Source: a virus
Lineage: Duplodnaviria > Caudoviricetes
Length of the DNA: 62,158 nucleotides
Virus record (IMG/VR): IMGVR_UViG_3300013113_000455
Location: 1 to 62,158 of that record
Strand: one strand, 5' to 3'
Position numbers and translations under genes: made by a program
In this document: piece after piece, positions 10,105 to 18,581 of the stretch
How the letters are laid out: every line of letters starts with the position of its first letter
How positions within the stretch are numbered: position 1 is the first letter of the stretch
The notes under the pieces: model-generated
Databases searched by the model: none
What the model was told of the DNA's origin: nothing
Seen by the model: only the letters and a program-made list of their open reading frames with translations

Positions 10105-11094
10105 TTAAAAGGAGTATACCGCTGCCAAAACTATGCTTGACAGGTTATCCTTTTGCTCAAATACTTGCTCACTTGCTTTGTCTAATCTATACTCTAACTT
10201 TAGATTCATATTCTCTATTGCATAATCCAAAGTAGTGGTAAAGTTTATAACATTAGCGTCTGCTCCAATTGCTCCAACTCCGTCTCCAACTTCAGCGAAG
10301 TACTCACCTCTTAAACCTGCGGTTAATTTACCAAAAGAATATTGAGGATACAAAGCTGCTCCATAAAAACCGTTGCCATCAGTGTCATTATATGTAGAAT
10401 TTATTCCTAAATAAAATTTTTCTGATAAATTATATCCTCCCGTTAAGTCAACTTGAAAAGTAGCTTCAGAGCTAGGATCTTGTTTTCCTAATAAGAAGTT
10501 CAAATACGTATTCTTGTATGCTAACACAGCACCTAGCGTACTAAAATTAGACGGGTTGAAATCCGTTGCATCAGTAGCGTTTAAAACAGCAAGCATAGCG
10601 GTAAAGTTTTCAGACAAAGCAATGTCTGCCTTTAACCCAGAGTGGGAGAATGGACCGTAGCTAAACATATAGGATGTAGAGTAGTTAAAGTTCCCTGTTG
10701 GACTGATTACTTCATATCCTAGGAAAGTATTAAAGTTACCCATAGTCAAGGTCACACTTTTACTAACGTCCCAATAAGCATAAAGCTGATTAATGATGTT
10801 AGAACTTCCAGTAGATAGAAAAACAGCGTCTTCTCCTCTAGGTCCAAAAACTAAGTCTGCAACAACACCTGTGTTCTTTGTATCGTAAGAACTAATAAGG
10901 TTGAACATACCCAAACTGAAACCGTTTAAGTTAGCAAACGATGTAGCAGGAGCTAAATCTGTTTTTGCTGTACTAAGGTTTCTTCTGTAATAAACGTCTA
11001 CACTTCCCTCTAAAGAAAGGTTTGACTTCAAGCTATCTTGACCGTAAGATAGTATTGTAGTAGCTAATAATATAAATGTAAATAGTTTTTTCAT
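10105..11094 (-). CDS. outer-membrane beta-barrel porin (OmpL/BBP2-like, Amt-associated)
   Basis: Signal peptide, G.VD.YY, GNFNTFLGYE, NYS.SY.F..GPF.H.G, RGEYF, EYRLD, C-terminal YSF (BamA signal). Confidence 0.85.
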   Translation of the reverse strand: MKKLFTFILLATTILSYGQDSLKSNLSLEGSVDVYYRRNLSTAKTDLAPATSFANLNGFSLGMFNLISSYDTKNTGVVADLVFGPRGEDAVFLSTGSSNIINQLYAYWDVSKSVTLTMGNFNTFLGYEVISPTGNFNYSTSYMFSYGPFSHSGLKADIALSENFTAMLAVLNATDATDFNPSNFSTLGAVLAYKNTYLNFLLGKQDPSSEATFQVDLTGGYNLSEKFYLGINSTYNDTDGNGFYGAALYPQYSFGKLTAGLRGEYFAEVGDGVGAIGADANVINFTTTLDYAIENMNLKLEYRLDKASEQVFEQKDNLSSIVLAAVYSF

Positions 11095-11107
11095 TTTTGT
11101 AAAATTA

Positions 11108-11126
11108 AGGGGGTGATTAGCCCCCT
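11108..11126 (-). terminator. intergenic stem-loop between amt and porin
   Basis: aggggg-tgattag-ccccct. Confidence 0.5.
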
Positions 11127-11132
11127 GTGTTA

Positions 11133-12362
11133 TTAATGTTGATTTAATCTGAAATCTGGATAAGCACTCATGCCATGCTCGGCACTGTCTAGTCCTTCAA
11201 GTTCTTCTCTTTTTGGAACTCTAAGTCCCATAATTTTCTTTATGGTAAATAGAATTAAGAAAGAACTAATTAGACAGAAAGCTCCGATTACGGCAACCCC
11301 TATAAGCTGTGTAAGAAATTGACTACCACTAGCTAATTCTCCGAAGATTCCTACTGCTAATGTTCCCCATATTCCACATCCAAGGTGAACAGCGATAGCA
11401 CCTACTGGATCATCTAGTTTAAGTTTGTCTAACAGAGCAACCGCAAAGACTACTATAATACCTCCAATAAGACCTACAACAACAGATTCGTTTGGACTCA
11501 TTTGGTCAGCACCTGCCGTAATAGCGACAAGTCCTCCTAAGATTCCGTTAAGAAACATTGTTAAGTCTAATGTCTTATTCTTAAGATAAGATGTAATAGC
11601 AGCTCCAAAACCTCCTGCTGCTGCCGCAAGGCAAGTAGTAACAAGAGTTAAAGAAGTTAATGCAGCGTCAGCACTTAAAACAGAACCTCCGTTAAATCCA
11701 AACCAACCTAGCCACAAGATTAATACTCCTGCCGTAGCAAAAGGAATATTGTGTCCTAGAATAGCAAAAGATTTACCCTCTTTAAACTTACCTAGTCTAG
11801 CACCAAGTAGCCATACAGCTACTAATGCAGCCCATCCTCCTACAGAGTGAACAAGAGTACTTCCAGCGAAGTCATAGAATCCCATATTATCAAGGAATCC
11901 TCCTCCCCACTTCCAGCTACCTACTATAGGGTATACAAGCCCTACATAGATAACGCTGAAAATCATAAAGCTACTAAGCTTAATTCTTTCAGCTACTGCT
12001 CCTGAGACAATTGTAGCAGCGGTTGCAGCGAACATTCCTTGGAACAAGAAATCAGTCCACCAAGTATAGCCACCGTCAGCATAATCGGCAGTCATTCCAT
12101 TTACAGGTGCATCAATTCCGAAACCTGCAAACTTAAGAACTCCCATGCTACCCTCTTCAAACCCAGGATACATGAGATTAAATCCTCCTATGTAATAGAC
12201 CAAAAGCCCCATACAAATAATGAAGATATTTTTGAACAGGATATTGATGGTATTTTTTTGTCTTGTCAGTCCTATCTCCAACAAGCTAAATCCTAAGTGC
12301 ATAAAGAACACCAAACCTGTACAGACCATCATCCACAGGTTATTTACTGTTAACATTTCCAT
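11133..12362 (-). CDS. amtB: ammonium transporter (Amt/Mep/Rh family)
   Basis: FQGMFAAT..I.SGAVAER, DFAGSTLVH..GG, WLGWFGFNGGS, DDPVGAIAVH; twin-His and Phe gate intact. Confidence 0.97.
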   Translation of the reverse strand: MEMLTVNNLWMMVCTGLVFFMHLGFSLLEIGLTRQKNTINILFKNIFIICMGLLVYYIGGFNLMYPGFEEGSMGVLKFAGFGIDAPVNGMTADYADGGYTWWTDFLFQGMFAATAATIVSGAVAERIKLSSFMIFSVIYVGLVYPIVGSWKWGGGFLDNMGFYDFAGSTLVHSVGGWAALVAVWLLGARLGKFKEGKSFAILGHNIPFATAGVLILWLGWFGFNGGSVLSADAALTSLTLVTTCLAAAAGGFGAAITSYLKNKTLDLTMFLNGILGGLVAITAGADQMSPNESVVVGLIGGIIVVFAVALLDKLKLDDPVGAIAVHLGCGIWGTLAVGIFGELASGSQFLTQLIGVAVIGAFCLISSFLILFTIKKIMGLRVPKREELEGLDSAEHGMSAYPDFRLNQH

Positions 12363-12370
12363 TTCTTCTT

Positions 12371-12709
12371 CTAATTAAGTGTTTGATTACCTCTTTCTTT
12401 GGTTCGGATTCGATATGCTTCCTGCACATCGCTGACAAAAATTTTACCATCTCCGACTTCTCCTGTGTAGGCAGAATCAAGAATAGCGTTAATTGTCCTT
12501 TCTAAAAACTCGTCACTAACGACGATTGAAAGATACCTCCTCTGAATTTCAGAAGTAGAATATGGAATACCTCGATACTTCCTATCGAGCTGCTCGTTAC
12601 CAACTCCTGTACAGTCCCAATAACTAAAGAAAGTTACCTTAACTGCCAATAGAGCCGATTTCACCTCATCAAATTGAGCTTTTCTGATGATGCAATCCAC
12701 CTTTTTCAT
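12371..12709 (-). CDS. glnK: P-II nitrogen regulatory protein
   Basis: MKKV..IIR, T-loop YRG..Y, TGEVGDGKIFV, RIRT.E.G; adjacent to amt. Confidence 0.95.
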   Translation of the reverse strand: MKKVDCIIRKAQFDEVKSALLAVKVTFFSYWDCTGVGNEQLDRKYRGIPYSTSEIQRRYLSIVVSDEFLERTINAILDSAYTGEVGDGKIFVSDVQEAYRIRTKERGNQTLN

Positions 12710-12741
12710 AGCGATTATTTATTGGTTAAAAATTAAAAATG

Positions 12742-12749
12742 CAAAGTTA
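12742..12749 (-). promoter_or_regulatory. Bacteroidota sigma-A -7 element (TAACTTTG) upstream of glnK
   Basis: Reverse complement of caaagtta is an exact TAnnTTTG match about 32 nt before the glnK ATG. Confidence 0.6.
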
Positions 12750-12943
12750 AACTAAAACCTCTTTGGTTTTTTGACAAAATCTATTAATGATCATCGTCAT
12801 TTTGTTTGTCTTTTACTTTTACTGTTTTGATAAATTCTTTTTCGTTAGTCTGAGGGTAAAAATAATACAGGTCTATTTCTCCTGTTCTTAATACTGATAT
12901 TATTTCTTTTCTACCAGTTCTTTCTAGGGGTTTATACGCAAAG

Positions 12944-13195
12944 TTATATTTCTTCATCTGTATAGGCTTTTAATATTTTATTTAAGTTTAGATTTACTCT
13001 GTTCCAGTGAGTAGACAAAACAACCCTAGCTACATTTTCAGACTTAGTGATATTTTTAAATCGTTTTTCGTACTCATTTAATATTTTGTCGGTTAAGAAT
13101 ATAGATAAGTGAATAGCTTCTTTTTTATTTATGCTTATTCCTTTTACTTCCATAACCTCTTTGATAAGATTGTTAGCTTCTTCTTTTGGAGTCAT
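12944..13195 (-). CDS. hypothetical protein (MTPKEEA-type)
   Basis: ORF; N-terminus typical of Bacteroidota phage small proteins. Confidence 0.55.
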   Translation of the reverse strand: MTPKEEANNLIKEVMEVKGISINKKEAIHLSIFLTDKILNEYEKRFKNITKSENVARVVLSTHWNRVNLNLNKILKAYTDEEI

Positions 13196-13389
13196 CTATA
13201 AACAGTTTGATTATGTACAGAAACGCTCTTTCTATGTAGTATAAACAAGAGTTAAACATTAGCAATAAGATTATCCATGCTGTTGATTTCTTTTTCATAA
13301 TTATTTATATATTAGGCTGATTTTTATTAGGTTAGGATATAGTTATTTGCTTCCAAAATATTTGAATTTTGTTTAAGAAGCTAATTTAA

Positions 13390-13413
13390 GTCATTACTTT
13401 TGTAATGACAAAA
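13390..13413. promoter_or_regulatory. palindromic operator-like site
   Basis: gtcattac-tttt-gtaatgac inverted repeat; tttgtaatgacaaaa recurs at 15997-16011. Confidence 0.5.
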
Positions 13414-13551
13414 TAAATTTAATTATTTTGTGAAAGTTCCTCCATAAAGTCTAAAAGGAGTATGTCTAGCATGACGTTTATTGGCATCATTTGGCTCCAG
13501 GTAAGCTCTCCATCTTCGTAGCCTTCTTCTATAGCCAAAGACCTTCCGATC

Positions 13552-13899
13552 TTATATGTGTATTTTTCCATTACTAGCAGTTTTACCTCTCAATTTAATA
13601 AATTCAGATTTAATCTGTTTTATCTTTTGGTAAAGCTTTTCATCCTTTTTTACAAGGTACTGCTCGCTTAGGTTTTTGTGTTCTTTTTCTAATTGTGCAA
13701 TCTTCTCTCCTTTAGTTATTACACTGTTGAGATAGTCCCTGACTGCTTTAATAGAGTCTATTGTTTCGATAGAGAACTGCTTAGAAGGAATGTGTAATCC
13801 TTTGATGTAATATTCACCTACCATAATAGTTATTTTGTCAAACTTATCATTGGTTGTGATAACCGCATTTCCTTCTTTATCTAAAATTAATGTTCTCAT
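13552..13899 (-). CDS. hypothetical protein
   Basis: ORF track. Confidence 0.55.
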   Translation of the reverse strand: MRTLILDKEGNAVITTNDKFDKITIMVGEYYIKGLHIPSKQFSIETIDSIKAVRDYLNSVITKGEKIAQLEKEHKNLSEQYLVKKDEKLYQKIKQIKSEFIKLRGKTASNGKIHI

Positions 13900-13911
13900 A
13901 TTTTTTATAAA

Positions 13912-13980
13912 AATTAACAGGTTGTAAACGCAACCTCGTTCCTCGGTAGTCGCTCAAGCTCGTTTACAAGGGCGTTACCC
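13912..13980 (+). repeat. attC-like recombination hairpin A
   Basis: AATTAAC-agg-TTGTAAACG-[caacctcgttcctcggtagtcgctcaagct]-CGTTTACAA-gggc-GTTACCC. Confidence 0.7.
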
Positions 13981-13984
13981 ACCA

Positions 13985-14176
13985 TTAAGGCAGTTCGGTA
14001 ATGATATAGTTTATAGCCATGTTTATTTCAGTTTCAATCTGAAATTGAAAACCTTTGAAATCATAGACTTTTTTATCCTTTACTTTTTCAAGGCTATACT
14101 TTTGCAATAGTTCATATATCTCAGATAGTGAGATGTTATTCACGTTTGCTTTTATGTTTAAGTTTATTGTCATCAT
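13985..14176 (-). CDS. cassette-borne hypothetical protein
   Basis: Single ORF between hairpins A and B; start re-assigned to ATG 14176 because 14203 lies inside hairpin B. Confidence 0.6.
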   Translation of the reverse strand: MMTINLNIKANVNNISLSEIYELLQKYSLEKVKDKKVYDFKGFQFQIETEINMAINYIITELP

Positions 14177-14194
14177 ATCTATAAAGTTAACGGT

Positions 14195-14254
14195 GGGTAA
14201 CACTGTATAAAAACAAGCTCGTACCTCACCAGATTTTTATACTCAACGTTAACA
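14195..14254 (+). repeat. attC-like recombination hairpin B
   Basis: GGGTAAC-act-GTATAAAAA-[caagctcgtacctcaccaga]-TTTTTATAC-tcaac-GTTAACA; left end is the reverse complement of the right end of A. Confidence 0.7.
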
Positions 14255-14896
14255 AGTCTGAACACCAAAAATATCATCTTCATGGATAACCACATAATCT
14301 TCACCTTCTATCTTAAGATCAACAGCACCCAGAGGTTTAACAACAATCACATCACCTTTACTAACTTCATCAGCAATAAATCTTGAAGGAGCAACCACCT
14401 CTAATAAATCTTCTGTTTTTTTATTCTTAAGGTAGTCTGGAATTATTAAGGTTGTGGATTGAAATATGTTTTTATACTTCTTACAAATGGACCACTTGTG
14501 TATTGGGATTATCTCTCCGTCTACAATCTTACAATATGAGCTAGTAGCATACTTAGCAATCATATCCCTAAAGAACCGAAAGAAAAACTTACCGTCTTCT
14601 GTTCTTCTCTCAAAGTTCACTACATGATGATGAAAGTAAACAACATCACCTTCATCTATTTCATCCAGAGTTATTTGGTCTTTCTTAACCACACTACTAA
14701 GTCCTCTTGGTTTTCCTACTACTGTCCCCTTGTGAGGTATCAAAGAAGGATCTAAAGGAGCAGTGCCGTCTTCTTCCATTCTGGAGAATATAGTATCCAT
14801 GTAAAGCTCTACTTCTTTTTCTCCTAATTTTATGGTTTTTTTCAAATGCTGTTTTAGGTCAATATCAACAAGCATAAAATCTTTTACGTATATCAT
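14249..14896 (-). CDS. GroES-like co-chaperonin (two GroES-like domains)
   Basis: KGTVVG.P...EGDVVYF and KGDVIV...IEGEDYVVIHEDDIFG repeats. Confidence 0.7.
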   Translation of the reverse strand: MIYVKDFMLVDIDLKQHLKKTIKLGEKEVELYMDTIFSRMEEDGTAPLDPSLIPHKGTVVGKPRGLSSVVKKDQITLDEIDEGDVVYFHHHVVNFERRTEDGKFFFRFFRDMIAKYATSSYCKIVDGEIIPIHKWSICKKYKNIFQSTTLIIPDYLKNKKTEDLLEVVAPSRFIADEVSKGDVIVVKPLGAVDLKIEGEDYVVIHEDDIFGVQTC

Positions 14897-14912
14897 TTAA
14901 TTTTTTATAAAG

Positions 14913-15167
14913 TTAAAAATCATTGTACATATCTTTCACTCTTTCGTTTAGCTGCTCTAAAATATCATCGTTATCTGTTAGCGACTCAAACATCTCAGTA
15001 ACATCAACTGGTGGGCTTAAAGGTCTTAAACAGGTTAAAACTTTATTGTACCCTATCACACCACCTTCGTATGGAGGGGTGTAATAATCCCCAGGGCAGC
15101 TTTCTTCTATTTCCACATCTGTAAATGTGTACTCTATTCCTTTAAATGATAAATCTATATCCGTCAT
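14913..15167 (-). CDS. hypothetical protein (PGDYYTPP motif)
   Basis: ORF track; motif common in phage small proteins. Confidence 0.55.
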   Translation of the reverse strand: MTDIDLSFKGIEYTFTDVEIEESCPGDYYTPPYEGGVIGYNKVLTCLRPLSPPVDVTEMFESLTDNDDILEQLNERVKDMYNDF

Positions 15168-15313
15168 TTTAATTTAATTTTCGTTATTACTTTTTATTTT
15201 TTTATCTCTTTCGTTTAGCTTTTTTTGACACTCCACAGAGCAAACCGTAAAAATAGTGGTTATTTTACGGTTACATATTACGCAGTTACCAGGGAACAAA
15301 CTTACTTGTAATT

Positions 15314-16009
15314 TCATATATGGTCTTTATAAAAATCCTTATCTCTAATGATTCTACTTACAATGTTGTAGCCTAACACTAGGTCGATTGATAACTTCCT
15401 CTTAGAGCGTGTCTGGTGCAACATAATAACCTTCCTAACCTTATCCAAATCTTTTTCCACAGGGATAAGCTTTTTACCTCTTTTTTTAAATCCAAAAGGT
15501 GCTTTTCTACTGTAGACTTCTAAGTTCTTTTTTTTGTTTTGAAGAATTGTAGATGTTCTCTCAGAGATAATACCTCTCTCCATTTCGTTAAGAGATAGCA
15601 TTAATGATATAAAGAACTTTCCTGTTGCTGTATTGGTATCTATTGATTCACCATTTAAGTCTAGGATTGACATTCCTATTCCTTCTTTATTAAGTGTGTC
15701 AATAAAAGTAAGACCGTCTATTACTTTTCTGGATATACGATCAAGCTTCCATGATACAACGTGGTTTATCTCTTTGTTGTCGATTCTTTCCTTAAGGACA
15801 GAACCTCCTGGTCTTTTGAATATTTTAGAGCCTCCTGAGATGTCTTCGTCAATAATTATATCAACTACCTCATAATCTTTTTCTTTGCAGAACAGGACAC
15901 ATTTATCCCTCTGCATCTCTAATGAGTTATCTTGTTTGTTTGTAGATACTCTAATGTAAATAATTGCTTGGGTTTTCATAATGACTAATTTAATTATTTG
16001 TAATGACAA
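15314..16009 (-). CDS. serine recombinase (resolvase/invertase family); likely start near 15979
   Basis: YIRVST catalytic Ser, D..ISG....RPG, KLDRISR, ER..ISER, PFGF. Confidence 0.92.
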   Translation of the reverse strand: MSLQIIKLVIMKTQAIIYIRVSTNKQDNSLEMQRDKCVLFCKEKDYEVVDIIIDEDISGGSKIFKRPGGSVLKERIDNKEINHVVSWKLDRISRKVIDGLTFIDTLNKEGIGMSILDLNGESIDTNTATGKFFISLMLSLNEMERGIISERTSTILQNKKKNLEVYSRKAPFGFKKRGKKLIPVEKDLDKVRKVIMLHQTRSKRKLSIDLVLGYNIVSRIIRDKDFYKDHI

Positions 16010-16011
16010 AA
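15997..16011. promoter_or_regulatory. operator/res-like site, second copy
   Basis: tttgtaatgacaaaa identical to 13399-13413; directly upstream of resolvase. Confidence 0.5.
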
Positions 16012-16118
16012 CATATTTAAAGTATGTTTTTTTTGAACAGGGTATAGAAGTAGTAGTTAGATTAATTCATCTATTATTCGATTGGACAAAAATGGTACAA
16101 GTCTAGAACGAAGTGATA

Positions 16119-16910
16119 CTACGAACACTTAATCCCCAAACTAAACTTAGATAGATAAGAAGTATACATCATATCTAATTTAAAGAGGAACCTCGAATCG
16201 TAGTCATCACCTCCTTGGTAGAACTTTGAATCTGGAACGTATTGATGTTTTTCTACATCAACCTTTAAAAAAGTAATTAGATTATTTAACTTCTTATATA
16301 TCTTCCCTTTTTTGTGAAAGATAGTGGGATCATCGTATGCTCTTCTCAAAGCAGCAGCTCTCTGCTCGTCGCCTTTATATATCATTCCTGCCCTTTTCCT
16401 GTCAGAGATAACTCTATGACGAGCCAGAGCGTTTAATGACCTTGAAGCGTCAATAAGGGAGCAACCCCAAATTTCTGCACATTTCTCTCTTGAGGCAGTT
16501 ACCTCTAAGCTTCTAAAAAACTGCGAATGCTCTTGTAATTCTTCTGGAGAATTGAGTAACCAAGCTTTGAGACCTTTTATCCCAAAGCTATTAAGGTACT
16601 TCGTTGACTTCTTGCTTGCTTTTCTTAATGCTTTTGTTTCTTGAGCAGAAATGTGTTCTCTTAGAGACTCAGCTCTAAGTAATTCTTTTATCGTATATAT
16701 TTTACTTGATTGGTGTCTTTTTTTCTTTGGTTTATTATCGTTATATCTGCAGTCTACTGACTTGCATATTTTTTTCAGTGATCTAAGGTAGATGTTTGGA
16801 CCTTTTATGTCTATCCATCCTAAGCTTTGAAGAGCTTGTAGTCTTCTGTTGATAGTTTTAACAGAGAGTTGGGTATCCATTTCAAGGACAACCATTTCAT
16901 AATCTTTCAC
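16119..16910 (-). CDS. winged-helix DNA-binding protein, possible replication initiator
   Basis: SVKTINRRLQALQSLGWI and REKCAEIWGCSLIDASRSLNAL HTH-like segments; frame open upstream to ~17087. Confidence 0.45.
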   Translation of the reverse strand: MKDYEMVVLEMDTQLSVKTINRRLQALQSLGWIDIKGPNIYLRSLKKICKSVDCRYNDNKPKKKRHQSSKIYTIKELLRAESLREHISAQETKALRKASKKSTKYLNSFGIKGLKAWLLNSPEELQEHSQFFRSLEVTASREKCAEIWGCSLIDASRSLNALARHRVISDRKRAGMIYKGDEQRAAALRRAYDDPTIFHKKGKIYKKLNNLITFLKVDVEKHQYVPDSKFYQGGDDYDSRFLFKLDMMYTSYLSKFSLGIKCS

Positions 16911-17099
16911 ACAGCCGCTGTATTCTAGTGTCTTTAAATAGCAGTAGAACTCGAAATCTTTAACTTTTTTCTTGTTAAGAATAGCTTTTGCTAACCCAGG
17001 AACTAGGGTTATTTGTGTGAGTGATATATATTTATTATATTTGATAACGTTTGTAAGCTTTAAATTCTTATATGGTTTTTCAGGTCGCTAATGTAAGAA

Positions 17100-18005
17100 T
17101 TAAAACCCAGATTTATAACACTTTTGTTTAGAGCATTTTTGTTTAGTCTGGGTTTCTTTTTTTCTAATCCTTTCATTTTCTAACAGAATATCAAATATTA
17201 TTTTCTCGTATTTACTAGCAACTTTTCTAAGCGTAGTAGCTGTGGGGTATATGCTAAAGTGTTTATTAATTTCTTCAAACGTATATCCCTTTTCGATTTT
17301 ATTTTTAAAACTTTTCTTGTAGGTTTCTAAAATAATAGACAATCTGGTTCGGTAGCTACTTCTTATAAATTTAGTGTATTTTTTCTCTTCTAGTGCAAAA
17401 AACTTTTTAACATTTCTATGGTCATTAAAGAAAAAGTATTTTCTATTTAATTCTTTGTATGACATAAAATTATTGTATATGTCGTGTATGATTGCTTCTT
17501 TGTTTTTTTCAAAGTTTTCTCTTCCTTGGCAGTCTTTTTTAATTTTTTCTTTTACTATCAGGAGTTCTTCAGAAACATCTTCGTTAAGGATTTTACCTTT
17601 TAGTATCAGGAAGTGATTAGCAATGTAGTTGTTTTTACATTTTCTTTTATCAACTAGGTGTTGTTCATCTTCGTACATTTTGGTGTAGTGATAGAATGTG
17701 CATCTTGTTTTTTTAGTGATAATTGAAAATGTTTCGTGAACATTTTTTGCTTTGTAATCACCAAGAAGTTCGTGTATAAGGTATGTAAATACCGCCATTG
17801 GAGCGATATGTTCAGAGCTTCTAGATCTACTAACTAGGGTATCTACTTTAAAATATTCTTTAACTTGTTCGGCTAATTCTTTTATTCTTTTTCCTTGGTC
17901 TGTTAATTTATATTTAAGCGATATAATATTTTTGGCTTCTTCTAGGCTTTCACCACAATTAATGAGTTGAACTATTTCGTTTAGTTCTTTTTCAGTATAT
18001 GTCAT
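17100..18005 (-). CDS. DNA-binding protein with DnaA C-terminal-like HTH
   Basis: VKEYFKV...SRSRS.E...AVFTYL...RCTFYH resembles DnaA domain IV. Confidence 0.45.
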   Translation of the reverse strand: MTYTEKELNEIVQLINCGESLEEAKNIISLKYKLTDQGKRIKELAEQVKEYFKVDTLVSRSRSSEHIAPMAVFTYLIHELLGDYKAKNVHETFSIITKKTRCTFYHYTKMYEDEQHLVDKRKCKNNYIANHFLILKGKILNEDVSEELLIVKEKIKKDCQGRENFEKNKEAIIHDIYNNFMSYKELNRKYFFFNDHRNVKKFFALEEKKYTKFIRSSYRTRLSIILETYKKSFKNKIEKGYTFEEINKHFSIYPTATTLRKVASKYEKIIFDILLENERIRKKETQTKQKCSKQKCYKSGF

Positions 18006-18033
18006 TTTAATTTTAATATAGGGTGGTTAAGGA

Positions 18034-18276
18034 TTATCTTTTTTTCCCTTTGTGCAAACCATGTTTAGCGTGTTGCTTGCCTTGTTTGGTTGCTGCTCTT
18101 TTTTTTCTGTTTGCCGCTGCTAGTTTTTTTCTACCTGCGGCAGTTGATTTAAGTTTTGTGATTGTTTTTTTAGGAGCGTAAACTTCTCCTGTTTCAGAAG
18201 ATTTTTTTCCTGAAGCGGTTGTCCATTTTTGTTTGGTCCACCTGTCTAAACTTTTCTGAGATTTAGTTTTAGCCAT
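18034..18276 (-). CDS. small basic protein (DUF5872-like C-terminal half)
   Basis: SLDRWTKQKWTT.SGK...GE.Y.PK. Confidence 0.55.
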   Translation of the reverse strand: MAKTKSQKSLDRWTKQKWTTASGKKSSETGEVYAPKKTITKLKSTAAGRKKLAAANRKKRAATKQGKQHAKHGLHKGKKR

Positions 18277-18280
18277 TTAA

Positions 18281-18469
18281 TTATTTTTTAGATTTATAAC
18301 CTCCTCCTTTAGCTTTATACTGTTTAGCAAGCATTTGAGCTTTTCTTGCTGACCACTGTCCTGGATTACCTCCTTTAGATCCTGCTTTTATTTGATTAAA
18401 AAGCTTTTTTCTCATTGTTGGTTTTGTATAGTTACCAGCTTTGTTTACTGTGCTTTTTTTAGTTGCCAT
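18281..18469 (-). CDS. small basic protein (DUF5872-like N-terminal half)
   Basis: NYTKP..R...GG.PGQWSARKAQ...YK.KGGGY. Confidence 0.6.
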   Translation of the reverse strand: MATKKSTVNKAGNYTKPTMRKKLFNQIKAGSKGGNPGQWSARKAQMLAKQYKAKGGGYKSKK

Positions 18470-18508
18470 CTTTTAGTATTTATTTTTTTCAATATACGAA
18501 AAAATACT

Positions 18509-18577
18509 TATTAACAAATTGTAATTGCAAGCTCGTGCCTCGCCAGTCGCACAAGCTCAATTACAATTACGTTAGGC
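18509..18577 (+). repeat. attC-like recombination hairpin C
   Basis: TATTAAC-a-AATTGTAATTG-[caagctcgtgcctcgccagtcgcacaagct]-CAATTACAATT-ac-GTTAGGC; loop nearly identical to A with compensatory stem changes. Confidence 0.75.
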
Positions 18578-18581
18578 ACAA

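Noticed and set aside
10105-12709. Host chromosomal contamination or prophage boundary at the nitrogen operon
   Set aside because: Phage-type genes continue on both sides in the same orientation and no other housekeeping genes are present; read-level confirmation is still advisable.
15314-16009. Serine resolvase as the enzyme for the attC-like cassettes, or as an IS607 transposase
   Set aside because: attC-type folded sites are substrates of tyrosine recombinases; there is no N-terminal MerR HTH or adjacent tnpB as expected for IS607.
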